Below, in pieces: positions 1 through 7,995 of a stretch of 62,475 nucleotides of DNA. Source of the stretch: Patescibacteria group bacterium (GTDB lineage: Bacteria; Patescibacteriota; Microgenomatia; UBA1400; PJMF01). The notes under the pieces were generated by a model. It saw only the letters and a program-made list of their open reading frames with translations, was not told the DNA's origin and searched no databases. The stretch lies in NCBI GenBank assembly GCA_018830045.1, contig JAHJTF010000002.1, forward strand, positions 1 through 62,475. Reading direction: 5' to 3'. Position numbers and translations under genes: made by a program. The number at the start of each line of letters is the position of its first letter. Within the stretch, counting starts at the first letter, position 1.

Positions 1-1176
1 GATCCGCAGGAAAGAAAAATAGTAGGTTCACAAGTCAAGGACTTTTTAGATAAATCGGCTGCTTTTCGGGAAGGAAGAGTTGCTCCTTTAATCGGAGATG
101 CTAGGGCAATGCGAACAATTGCTGATCGTTTGCATGAAGCCGCGCAAGTGGAAGGGAGACTGTCCCCCATTGGTACTAGAATGGCTAAGGAATCTGAAGG
201 TTTACTGGGACAGTGGGAGAGGAGACCGGACGAAATCAGGGAAGCATTGATTGAAATGGCCTTGCCCGCGATTTCGTCAGTAGTGGCTGGGGCAACTGTC
301 TTAACGGAAGTCTCAAGGGCATTTAATACTGAAAGATTTAAAGGGATAAGCCAGCGGATATTAAAGGCCTTGGCATATCAACAACGGGATGGTTTGCCGG
401 GCGTGCTGTTGCGGGAGAGTAGGGATCAGAAAGCTTTAAGAGGTATGATTGTGGGAAATGCAGGATCAAGAAACAGAGCGGTTCAAGCATTAGCTCCTTT
501 TGTCAGCGGTTTGCAGTTGGTGGAAATGTCGGAAGATTTAGATATGGCCGGTAATAAATACCAAAGAGAATCAAGATCTTTGATGCAAAGGGCGGGACAG
601 TTAGCTCACAAAATTAATTCTCAAGCTGCAATGGGTCATCAAAGAGAAATAAATGATTTATTAATACAGATAGATGAATACAAGAACGCGGCTCTGGAAC
701 AGGCGTCAAGCTTGCCGGGAGAAATATTGTCTATTGGAGTTGAGTGGAGTGATCCGGCGATAATCGGAAGTAGACTAGATCAAATCAAGCAGTTAGGCGC
801 CAAAGCGCAAGAGTTGAGAAAACTAATGGCTCAAAGAGATATGCATGCAGATAAACTTAGAGAGCAATTAAAATTGGGATGTCAGACTTTGGCTAACTTT
901 TTAAACTCAATGCTCATGGACGATTTGTCAAATTTTTCTAAAAATTTGGCAGTAATTACTCGATTTACCGGTTTTATTTCCTTAGCCCAAACAGCCTATA
1001 CTCAGGCACTAATGGCCGGTATTTCTTTAAAGATTGCTTCTGAATATATAATTTACGGCGGTAGGATGGACACCTCGGGCATGGAAAACGATATCCGCAG
1101 AAGATTGGGTGCCGGACGGAATTTATTGAATAAATCAATTGGCAGTCACCCCGAACTGCCTCAAGTAGAACTTTAA
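1..1176 (+). CDS. hypothetical protein, C-terminal part (5' end probably outside window)
   Basis: Frame 1 is open from nt 1 through the listed ATG at 109 to the TAA at 1176, so the gene likely starts upstream of the window. The protein looks helical and Q/R/L-rich. I recognise no motif. Confidence 0.5.
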   Translation, partial: DPQERKIVGSQVKDFLDKSAAFREGRVAPLIGDARAMRTIADRLHEAAQVEGRLSPIGTRMAKESEGLLGQWERRPDEIREALIEMALPAISSVVAGATVLTEVSRAFNTERFKGISQRILKALAYQQRDGLPGVLLRESRDQKALRGMIVGNAGSRNRAVQALAPFVSGLQLVEMSEDLDMAGNKYQRESRSLMQRAGQLAHKINSQAAMGHQREINDLLIQIDEYKNAALEQASSLPGEILSIGVEWSDPAIIGSRLDQIKQLGAKAQELRKLMAQRDMHADKLREQLKLGCQTLANFLNSMLMDDLSNFSKNLAVITRFTGFISLAQTAYTQALMAGISLKIASEYIIYGGRMDTSGMENDIRRRLGAGRNLLNKSIGSHPELPQVEL

Positions 1177-1181
1177 CGCAT

Positions 1182-2300
1182 ATGATAAGAGAACGATACA
1201 GCAGAACCCCTACTATAGAAGATAAAAATGCGAGAAGGCGCGCGCGCGTTATAGTAAGAACGGCAAGAAGAGAACGTGCTGCAGGAAAAAAAGCAACCAG
1301 GAGAGGGCGTGCTGTAGAAAACCCGCCATTGAGCCATGAGTATGCCCAAGAAAAAGCGGCTAGGACAGAAATCGCCAACAGGATTGAGGGTTTGTATGAC
1401 GAAATAATGGAGCAATGGAATAATGAAAAAAGAATCGGAACGAAGCCTGGCTTTTTGCCTCCGGCAGATGAGGGTTTGGTTAAGGGGTGGATTGATAACT
1501 TTAAGGAAGCTCTCAGACAGAGCGATTATCCGGAAATTGTGCAAACTTGGGATAAAATACTGGCTTTAGTTGAGGCCAGGAGAAAAATTAACATGGAAAG
1601 GTCCAGAAATGGAACGGTAAGCGGAGAATCGGCAGATAGAAAATTGTTTAAATCTTTAGTGGAGAGAAATCTACCTGGAGTGGAAGTGCAAAAAGATAGA
1701 GGTGGGCGAGTGTTTGTCTCAACCTTCGAATCAGGTATCGGACAGGCGGTGTGGAAGAAAATGAAACAAATGGCGATGCGTCTCGGCAAGAAAAATGATA
1801 CTTATAAGGGGGTGTTTGATGACGGAGTTACCATGGATTACGATGGAATTACACTATACAATTCCCGAGGGGGAAAGGATCCAAGAGTTAGAGAGCAGAT
1901 TGACTGGACTCAAGCTTCTGGGTTATCAGCTTCCTGGGAACCACTGCCTCTTTTAGAACCATTGAATAGAGTTAGGAGATCACTTTTTGGCCGTCCTGAT
2001 CCAATTAGCCCGATAGGCTTAATTAGGTTTTTTGAAAGAGAAGGACAGGCAGGTGATGATAGTATTCCAGATAAAGCCAGGGTGCTAGTGAGTAGTCCGG
2101 AGATGTGGGTGAATGCCTATAATGAGATTAGAAGAATGATGATAAAACAAAGTCGGGCGGTTTCTAAATCAACAGTAGCACCAATTTATGTCGTTCATTT
2201 TATGGATAGAGGATTAGAGCAGCTGACTAGCAACCATAGATATTTTAAGCGAATTTTACCCCAAATGGCTTTGGCATGGGTCAGTAATGTTTTAAAGTAA
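1182..2300 (+). CDS. hypothetical protein with Arg/Lys-rich N-terminus
   Basis: 372-aa ORF that starts 6 nt after the previous stop, so it looks like an operon. The N-terminal 50 aa are very basic (RRRARVIVRTARRERAAGKKATRRGR). I recognise no family. Confidence 0.5.
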   Translation: MIRERYSRTPTIEDKNARRRARVIVRTARRERAAGKKATRRGRAVENPPLSHEYAQEKAARTEIANRIEGLYDEIMEQWNNEKRIGTKPGFLPPADEGLVKGWIDNFKEALRQSDYPEIVQTWDKILALVEARRKINMERSRNGTVSGESADRKLFKSLVERNLPGVEVQKDRGGRVFVSTFESGIGQAVWKKMKQMAMRLGKKNDTYKGVFDDGVTMDYDGITLYNSRGGKDPRVREQIDWTQASGLSASWEPLPLLEPLNRVRRSLFGRPDPISPIGLIRFFEREGQAGDDSIPDKARVLVSSPEMWVNAYNEIRRMMIKQSRAVSKSTVAPIYVVHFMDRGLEQLTSNHRYFKRILPQMALAWVSNVLK

Positions 2301-2325
2301 TGGGCGGGGAAAGAAGAAAAAATTC

Positions 2326-2386
2326 GCACCCTCTCAATCCTTATTCAACTATATTTTTTTAAAATTGAACTTGGACGAGAGGGTGC
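2326..2386 (-). terminator. long hairpin followed by a T-run on the minus strand (candidate terminator for the small peptide gene)
   Basis: gcaccctctc (2326-2335) pairs perfectly with gagagggtgc (2377-2386). On the minus strand the hairpin is followed by gaatttttt. A second perfect 10-bp hairpin, cttgatcggg/cccgatcaag (2389-2417), covers the stop codon. Confidence 0.4.
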
Positions 2387-2404
2387 TGCTTGATCGGGCG
2401 CGGC

Positions 2405-2548
2405 TCACCCGATCAAGTGGATGGTTATCGATACTATGACAACCATCAGGACGAACACTATGCAAAAAAACCCTATCGCGAAGGTTTTTTTGCTTAACAG
2501 AAAAAACCCCCCCGCGATTAGTAAAATCCACGCTATCGTAGTGTTCAT
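2405..2548 (-). CDS. small hydrophobic membrane peptide (47 aa), not in the ORF track
   Basis: Hand translation of the minus strand gives MNTTIAWILLIAGGFFLLSKKTFAIGFFCIVFVLMVVIVSITIHLIG, ending in TGA. It has a strong SD (AAAGGAGA) 6 nt before the ATG, two hydrophobic segments, a consensus promoter upstream and hairpins downstream. Confidence 0.4.
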   Translation of the reverse strand: MNTTIAWILLIAGGFFLLSKKTFAIGFFCIVFVLMVVIVSITIHLIG

Positions 2549-2606
2549 TTTTCTTCTCCTTTAAAGAACCCCGCCGCAAATGGCGGGTTGGAAAAACTAT
2601 AGGCCT

Positions 2607-2635
2607 ATTATATCGAGTTAAGGGTTAAAAGTCAA
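2607..2635 (-). promoter_or_regulatory. sigma70-like promoter, TTGACT-17-TATAAT, minus strand
   Basis: The minus strand reads TTGACT (2635-2630), a 17-nt spacer, then TATAAT (2612-2607). It points toward the small peptide ORF. Confidence 0.5.
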
Positions 2636-2664
2636 TTGATAATAGTCTCATAGTATGTTACTAT
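2636..2664 (+). promoter_or_regulatory. sigma70-like promoter, TTGATA-17-TACTAT, plus strand
   Basis: TTGATA (2636-2641), a 17-nt spacer, then TACTAT (2659-2664). Its -35 abuts the -35 of the divergent promoter (AGTCAA|TTGATA). It drives the gene at 2714. Confidence 0.5.
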
Positions 2665-2719
2665 AGGAAAAGTTAATAACACTTAATTTAATTAATTTTT
2701 TAAAGGAGAGATTATGTTG
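2641..2719 (+). repeat. promoter/5' UTR/start-codon cassette, copy A
   Basis: The 79-nt segment aatagtcTcatagtatgttactataggaaaagttaataacacttaatttaatt-aattttttaaaggagagattatgttg is repeated at 3478-3564. The copies differ by 1 substitution and one 8-nt indel. Confidence 0.9.
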
Positions 2720-3421
2720 AGCAAAGAACGAAAAAGACGTGGTGAAGGATGTGGTGAAGGAAAAACAATATTAAAAGAACTAGAACGAAAAAGACGTAGT
2801 GGAGAAAAAGAAATAAAACTAAAACTAGAACAAGGACGAGCAAAAGAACAAGAAAGACATAAAGAAGAGGGAAAATTATTACGAGAAATAACCAAAACAA
2901 GACGTAGTGCAAAAAGAAAATTAGAACAAGAACTAGGACAAAAAAGATATAGTGGAGGAACAAATTATAAACAAGAACTAGAACAAGAACTAGAACGAAG
3001 ACGTAACGAAGGAGAAAAATCCAAACGAAATAGACCTAGGATAGTAGAAGAATTATTGGGTTTCACAGGACTTTCGATATTAATTGGAATGCGTGGTGGA
3101 TCATTAATTAATGCCGACAGTTTTGATTTAGATGAATTAAAAAAAGCTTGCAAAAAAGTTGGTGTCAGGATTGCCGGTGGCGGTCCTGTATATACAGTTA
3201 AGTATGACAAAGGAGTACAGTGGGAAGAAGCACCATTTGCCTACTATCCTGAGGACGCTAAGGTAGTGCGTTTGGTAGCAATAGGTCTTTTAGGGAAACA
3301 CGTTGGGGATGATTGGCCGGGCACAAAATTGCGCGATTCAAGGGGGATCGACTATAGCTACGAAGCTCAGTCTAAAGTATTAGACGAACTCTACAGGCAA
3401 GAGCAGACCTGGGGTGAGTGA
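2714..3421 (+). CDS. hypothetical protein; N-terminal K/E/R-rich repeat region plus a globular C-terminal domain
   Basis: SD aaaggagag precedes the ATG. The first ~105 codons are almost pure purine and encode repeated ELERKRR / KQELEQELE units. The C-terminal ~120 aa have normal composition. Confidence 0.6.
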   Translation: MLSKERKRRGEGCGEGKTILKELERKRRSGEKEIKLKLEQGRAKEQERHKEEGKLLREITKTRRSAKRKLEQELGQKRYSGGTNYKQELEQELERRRNEGEKSKRNRPRIVEELLGFTGLSILIGMRGGSLINADSFDLDELKKACKKVGVRIAGGGPVYTVKYDKGVQWEEAPFAYYPEDAKVVRLVAIGLLGKHVGDDWPGTKLRDSRGIDYSYEAQSKVLDELYRQEQTWGE

Positions 3422-3477
3422 TCGATACCTTTATGAAGTTCATATTGAGTTTGCGTATAGCATAGACAGGCAATGAC

Positions 3478-3564
3478 AATAGTCCCATAGTATGTTACTA
3501 TAGGAAAAGTTAATAACACTTAATTTAATTATTTAATTAATTTTTTAAAGGAGAGATTATGTTG
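3478..3564 (+). repeat. promoter/5' UTR/start-codon cassette, copy B (followed by only a 9-codon ORF)
   Basis: Near-identical to 2641-2719, with ATGACA-17-TACTAT, the same SD and ATG TTG. The reading frame then stops after MLGRSRRNR (3559-3588). Confidence 0.9.
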
Positions 3565-3828
3565 GGAAGATCTCGGAGAAATCGATGAGACACCTTTCGC
3601 TGGTGAGTCATACGAAGAGTTTAAACAGAGAAAAGAGAAAAAAGGGTCTAATAGCCAAACAGAGGGTTGAGTTATCTAGAGATGGTTGGACTTGTTTTTT
3701 CACCAATTGCGATCATTCTGTCGGCGGTATGTTTAGACTTAATCCGTAAGAGAGGCAGACGTGACCTCGATATTTTTTTTGTTAGGAAAATAACTCACTT
3801 CAAGATAAGCCTAAAAGGCCGTCAAATT

Positions 3829-4071
3829 TTACCAAATTGTTTCTCTGTCGGTTGCCTTATCGCGATTGCGTTGCTGCTTGCGATGTAATTTTTCTGCTTT
3901 TTCCCGGTGTTCTTCCTTTGTTTGCTGGGTGGGTCGAACATCAATAACAGGATGTTTAATACCCGCCGCAAACGACTCTCGGACGGCTTTGTCTAAGTCG
4001 TCCTCCTTCTTTTTGAATATTTCCTTTATTAACCTCATATTGGGCTTGAGTATAGCATAACCATAAATCAC
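3829..4071 (-). CDS. hypothetical small charged protein (doubtful)
   Basis: 80-aa ORF (69 aa from the internal MRLIKE). It has protein-like composition but no clear SD. It overlaps a 73-aa plus-strand ORF. Confidence 0.25.
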   Translation of the reverse strand: MIYGYAILKPNMRLIKEIFKKKEDDLDKAVRESFAAGIKHPVIDVRPTQQTKEEHREKAEKLHRKQQRNRDKATDRETIW

Positions 4072-4234
4072 GTTTCGAAAAATTGCTCTTTGCGTGTTAC
4101 AATGTTTCTACCTTGAGATGCTTTCTTTGTCTTGAAAGCGAATAAATTAATTCGTCTCTTGAGAGAGATCCAATAACAACAATACCTTTCCAGGCATCCA
4201 AGATTTTCCGCTCTTTGCGGAAGAAGGGGCTAAC

Positions 4235-4690
4235 ATGATCAAAATTATTGCTGATAAGCAGGCCAAGCTTTACGAGCTGACTTATCTATTGCCTGCAGAT
4301 TTTACAGATTCAAAACGCGTCGCTACTAGTGAATCTATTCTCAAACTTATTACTAAATATAAGGGCAAGGTTTCACAAACCCAAGATTGGGGCAAGAAAG
4401 ACCTGGCTTATAAAATTAAACACCAGGGAAAATTTTGCACTGAGGCGGTTTATACCCACCAAGTAGTTAAGTTTTCACCCGATAAAGTTCAGGCTTTTGA
4501 AAGAGAGTTGCTTCTTGAGGAAACTATTCTGAGACATTTATTAGTCACAAGCGATACCCAAGGCGGAAAAGAAATCGTGACAAAGGAGGGAGCTTCGGCT
4601 ATAGAAAGTAAAGTTGTGGCTAAAAAGAAAGCTGCAACTAAAACTGGAGTCCAAGCAAAAAAGAAAGCCCCTGCTAAAACCGAGGTTTAG
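4235..4690 (+). CDS. rpsF: 30S ribosomal protein S6 with Lys/Ala-rich C-terminal tail
   Basis: KLYELTYLLP... is an S6-like N-terminus, and the conserved rpsF-ssb-rpsR order is present. Confidence 0.9.
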   Translation: MIKIIADKQAKLYELTYLLPADFTDSKRVATSESILKLITKYKGKVSQTQDWGKKDLAYKIKHQGKFCTEAVYTHQVVKFSPDKVQAFERELLLEETILRHLLVTSDTQGGKEIVTKEGASAIESKVVAKKKAATKTGVQAKKKAPAKTEV

Positions 4691-4792
4691 AAATTGCTTC
4701 ACATATTCACAACACGTTTCTACACTTATGGTAAGCTGGAGTTAGTAAAGTAGATATTTGCTTAGTATAAGTGATCACAGAAAGGAAAAATT

Positions 4793-5281
4793 ATGGCAGT
4801 TAGATCACTCAATAAAGTTATGTTAATCGGGAATCTAACCCGAGATCCTAATCTTAGATATACCCCCACTGGTACCGCAGTGTGTTCTTTTGGTTTGGCT
4901 ACTAACCGCAGCTGGGCTTCGGCTGATGGTGGAGACAAACAAGAACGAACTGAGTTTCACAATATTGTAGCTTGGGCTAAATTGGCAGAAATTTGCGGCC
5001 AATTATTGCACAAGGGTGATAAGGTTTATCTTGAAGGGCGTTTACAAACTCGAGAATGGAAGGGTGATGATGAACAAAGTCGCCGCACCACTGAGGTAGT
5101 GATTGATAACATGATCTTGCTTCGGTCTGCTGGCGGGTATACTGGTGGCAGTAAGGGCGATGATAAAAATGACGACGATGACAAGAATGAGAGTCTTCCA
5201 GAGGAACTAGTCGGAGCAGAGGTCCTCACCAAGGAAGCAGTAGCAGAAGCCGAGGATGTCGCGGATGACATTCCGTTCTAA
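4793..5281 (+). CDS. ssb: single-stranded DNA-binding protein
   Basis: OB-fold N-terminus LNKVMLIGNLTRDPNLRYTPTGTAVCSFGLATNR, and an acidic C-terminal tip ending DDIPF. Confidence 0.95.
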   Translation: MAVRSLNKVMLIGNLTRDPNLRYTPTGTAVCSFGLATNRSWASADGGDKQERTEFHNIVAWAKLAEICGQLLHKGDKVYLEGRLQTREWKGDDEQSRRTTEVVIDNMILLRSAGGYTGGSKGDDKNDDDDKNESLPEELVGAEVLTKEAVAEAEDVADDIPF

Positions 5282-5292
5282 GAAAGGAAACC

Positions 5293-5481
5293 ATGGCTAA
5301 TAATAATCAAGTTAAATTTACCTATAAAGATCCTGCGACTCTGGGTCGATATGTATCTGAACAAGGCTATATTATGCCCCGCGATAAGACTGGCTTAAGC
5401 CAAAAACTGCAACGCAAATTAGCCCGTGAAATTAAACGCGCTCGACATTTAATAATGTTGCCGTTTACCCAAACCGTCTAG
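5293..5481 (+). CDS. rpsR: 30S ribosomal protein S18
   Basis: The motif KLQRKLAREIKRARHLIMLPF is typical of S18, and the gene follows ssb. Confidence 0.9.
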   Translation: MANNNQVKFTYKDPATLGRYVSEQGYIMPRDKTGLSQKLQRKLAREIKRARHLIMLPFTQTV

Positions 5482-5501
5482 CTTGTGTACAATAAACACC
5501 T

Positions 5502-6752
5502 ATGGTGAAGAAGAAAATAACAATAGCTACCCTCAGGAGTACTATCTTGGGGGTTTTGCTTTTAGCTTTAGGGGGGGTGGTTGGTTACCGCTATGGTCGC
5601 TCAGGGGAGTTTTCAACCAGAATTCCACTTTCTCAGATTATCAATATCCAAGCTCCCTCAGATAAACAAAACCTAGATTTTGCAGTTTTTTGGGAGGTTT
5701 GGGGTCATTTAGATCAAACTTATCTTGAACCAGAAAAACTCAATGCCAAAGAAATGGTCAATGGGGCTATTTCTGGAATGACCGCCGCTATTGGGGATCC
5801 TTATACCACTTATTTACCACCTCAACAAAATCAAAGGAGCGCTGAAGATTTAGCCGGGTCTTTTTATGGAGTGGGGATAGAGCTTGGCTACATTGATGAG
5901 ACTCTAGCGGTAATAGCCCCTCTAGCTGGCACGCCAGCAGAGAAGGCTGGGATTATGGCCGGTGATTTAATTTTGCATCTCAAAGATACTACCAAGGGTC
6001 TAGATGAAGACACAATTGGGCTGAGTTTAAATGAGGCAGTCGACAAAATTCGGGGCGAAAAAAACACAAAGATTACTTTGACTTTACTGAGAAAGAATGG
6101 TCAAGACAATCAATATGGAGAACCATTTGATGTGGACATTGCTCGGGGGGAAATTGTGGTGGAGTCAATTAAACTAGAATTTGTGGAGCATGATGATAAA
6201 CGAGTAGCTCATCTCAAAGTATCAAAGTTTGGGGAACGCACTCCCAAAGAGTTTGATCAAGCTGTGGGGCAAATTCTGACTCAAGGCTATCAACTAGACG
6301 GAATTTTACTTGATTTACGCAATAATCCCGGTGGATTTTTTGATGATGCCATTGATCTGGCGAGCGAGTTTATCGAGAGTGGAGTAGTGGTTTCGCAAAA
6401 AGGTAAATTTACCAAGCAGGATTTTAATGCTAAGGGCAAAGCCAGACTAACTAAGTTTCCACTTCTGGTTTTAGTTAACCGAGGAAGTGCTTCTGCTTCT
6501 GAAATTTTAGCCGGTGCCTTGCGGGACCAACTTAATGTTAAATTAATTGGCGAAAACACTTTTGGCAAAGGCACGGTCCAAGATCGACGCGAGCTATCTA
6601 ATGGGGGTGGATTGCATGTGACGATCGCGCGGTGGTTATTACCCAAGGGTGATTGGATTAATGAAGCCGGTATCCCGGTGAATGTCGAAGTGAAAGATAA
6701 TCTAGATACTAAAGAAGACGAGGTGGTGCTACGTGCGATTGAAGAGCTCTAA
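5502..6752 (+). CDS. carboxyl-terminal processing protease (peptidase S41) with PDZ domain
   Basis: N-terminal TM segment, a PDZ-like GIELGY..AGTPAEKAGIMAGDLI, and the catalytic region LVNRGSASASEILAGAL..GENTFGKGTVQ. Confidence 0.9.
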   Translation: MVKKKITIATLRSTILGVLLLALGGVVGYRYGRSGEFSTRIPLSQIINIQAPSDKQNLDFAVFWEVWGHLDQTYLEPEKLNAKEMVNGAISGMTAAIGDPYTTYLPPQQNQRSAEDLAGSFYGVGIELGYIDETLAVIAPLAGTPAEKAGIMAGDLILHLKDTTKGLDEDTIGLSLNEAVDKIRGEKNTKITLTLLRKNGQDNQYGEPFDVDIARGEIVVESIKLEFVEHDDKRVAHLKVSKFGERTPKEFDQAVGQILTQGYQLDGILLDLRNNPGGFFDDAIDLASEFIESGVVVSQKGKFTKQDFNAKGKARLTKFPLLVLVNRGSASASEILAGALRDQLNVKLIGENTFGKGTVQDRRELSNGGGLHVTIARWLLPKGDWINEAGIPVNVEVKDNLDTKEDEVVLRAIEEL

Positions 6753-6780
6753 ATTCAGCGCTATACTAGATGGCATCTAT

Positions 6781-7995
6781 ATGAAAGTCTCACCTCAAAC
6801 TAAAACTTTTTTCTTAGGTTTATCAGTTTCAATTTTAATTTTAGTATCTTTTTTTGCCGGCGCTGTTGCTGACCGAATTTTTGTGGTCAAGCCAGTGGAT
6901 TTGTTATCGGGTAAATTTAGGCTGCCCGTAGTGCAAAATCAATTACAAACCAGAGAAAATAAAGAAAATGAAGTTTCTAAATTAGGGACTCTTATCGCCA
7001 AACAATCCTCAATCGCTGATGTGGCAGAGATTGCTTCAGAATCTGTGGTAACAGTTTCTATTAAAAGAAAAGAGCAGGTGCTAGAAAGCTTTGATCCTTT
7101 TAATTTTGGATTTGGGGTTTTTAACTTTCCACGCGGGAAAGTTGAAGAGGTCCAAAGAGACATCGGCACTGGCTTTGCGGTAAGTAATGATGGTCTGATT
7201 GTAACTAATAAACACGTAGTCTCAGATCCCAACGCAGAGTATTTAGTGATAGATAAAGATGATAATGAGTACTCAGTTTCAAAAATTTATCGTGATCCAG
7301 CCAATGATTTGGCTATCGTCAAAGTTGAAGGTTTTGCTGTGTCATCACTGCCCTTGGGTGATTCGTCTAAGCTTCGGGTTGGAGAAGAGGTGATTGCCAT
7401 TGGGACGGCCTTGGGCGAGTTTCGTCATACTGTCACCACTGGTGTAGTTTCAGGATTGGGTCGAGGAGTGCAAGCTTTTGCTCCAGGCATAGGAGCAGGT
7501 GCAGTGGAGGCTTTGGAAGGCTTAATTCAAACTGACGCCGCCATTAACCCGGGCAATTCCGGAGGTCCGCTTTTAGATAGATCTGGGAAGGTAATCGGGG
7601 TGAACGTGGCGGTTTCTGCTGGTGCAGAGAATATTGGTTTTGCCTTACCCATCAATATTGTCAAAGACTCAATGAAAAATTTTCAAGAAACCGGCAGTTT
7701 TGAACGGCCTTTCTTAGGAGTTTCGTATCGGATCATTACTAAGCAGGCGGCTTTATTTAACGAAGTTCCTCAAGGAGCTTATTTAGTTGAAGTGGTCAAG
7801 GGTAGCTCGGCTGATCAAGCTGGTTTAAAACCAGAAGATATTCTGACGGAGTTTGGAGGCCAGAGTTTAACCGATCATGACTTAGCGACACTAATTAACA
7901 AGCATAAAATCAATGATCGAATCAAAGTTAAGTTTTGGCGGGACAGCGAGGTTAAAACAATTGAAGTTACTCTGCGGGGGATAGACGAGAAATAA
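6781..7995 (+). CDS. htrA: HtrA/DegP-family serine protease with PDZ domain
   Basis: Motifs GTGFAVS..IVTNKHVV, NDLAIVKV and NPGNSGGPLL form the S1C triad context, followed by a C-terminal PDZ. Start placed at MKVSPQ (6781) just before the TM segment; the ORF is open from 6733. Confidence 0.85.
   Translation: MKVSPQTKTFFLGLSVSILILVSFFAGAVADRIFVVKPVDLLSGKFRLPVVQNQLQTRENKENEVSKLGTLIAKQSSIADVAEIASESVVTVSIKRKEQVLESFDPFNFGFGVFNFPRGKVEEVQRDIGTGFAVSNDGLIVTNKHVVSDPNAEYLVIDKDDNEYSVSKIYRDPANDLAIVKVEGFAVSSLPLGDSSKLRVGEEVIAIGTALGEFRHTVTTGVVSGLGRGVQAFAPGIGAGAVEALEGLIQTDAAINPGNSGGPLLDRSGKVIGVNVAVSAGAENIGFALPINIVKDSMKNFQETGSFERPFLGVSYRIITKQAALFNEVPQGAYLVEVVKGSSADQAGLKPEDILTEFGGQSLTDHDLATLINKHKINDRIKVKFWRDSEVKTIEVTLRGIDEK

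Noticed and set aside
2349-2579. Listed 76-aa minus-strand ORF (MRRGSLKEKK...)
   Set aside because: It has no SD and an odd composition. A different frame in the same region gives a 47-aa hydrophobic peptide with a strong SD and promoter, which I prefer.
2712-2963. Minus-strand ORFs of 83 aa and 67 aa rich in LVLVLV/FFL
   Set aside because: They are the complement of the polypurine K/E/R-repeat coding tract. This is a compositional artefact with no start signals.
3585-3888. Degraded HNH endonuclease gene downstream of cassette copy B (for example ...KQRVELSRDGWTCFFTNCDHSVGG...)
   Set aside because: The resemblance to the RDG..C..C...DH..P..GG pattern is loose, and it needs several frameshifts. 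That is too weak to call.
5483-5665. 60-aa ORF overlapping the start of the S41 protease gene
   Set aside because: It is out of frame with, and nested in, the protease gene, and it has low-complexity content.
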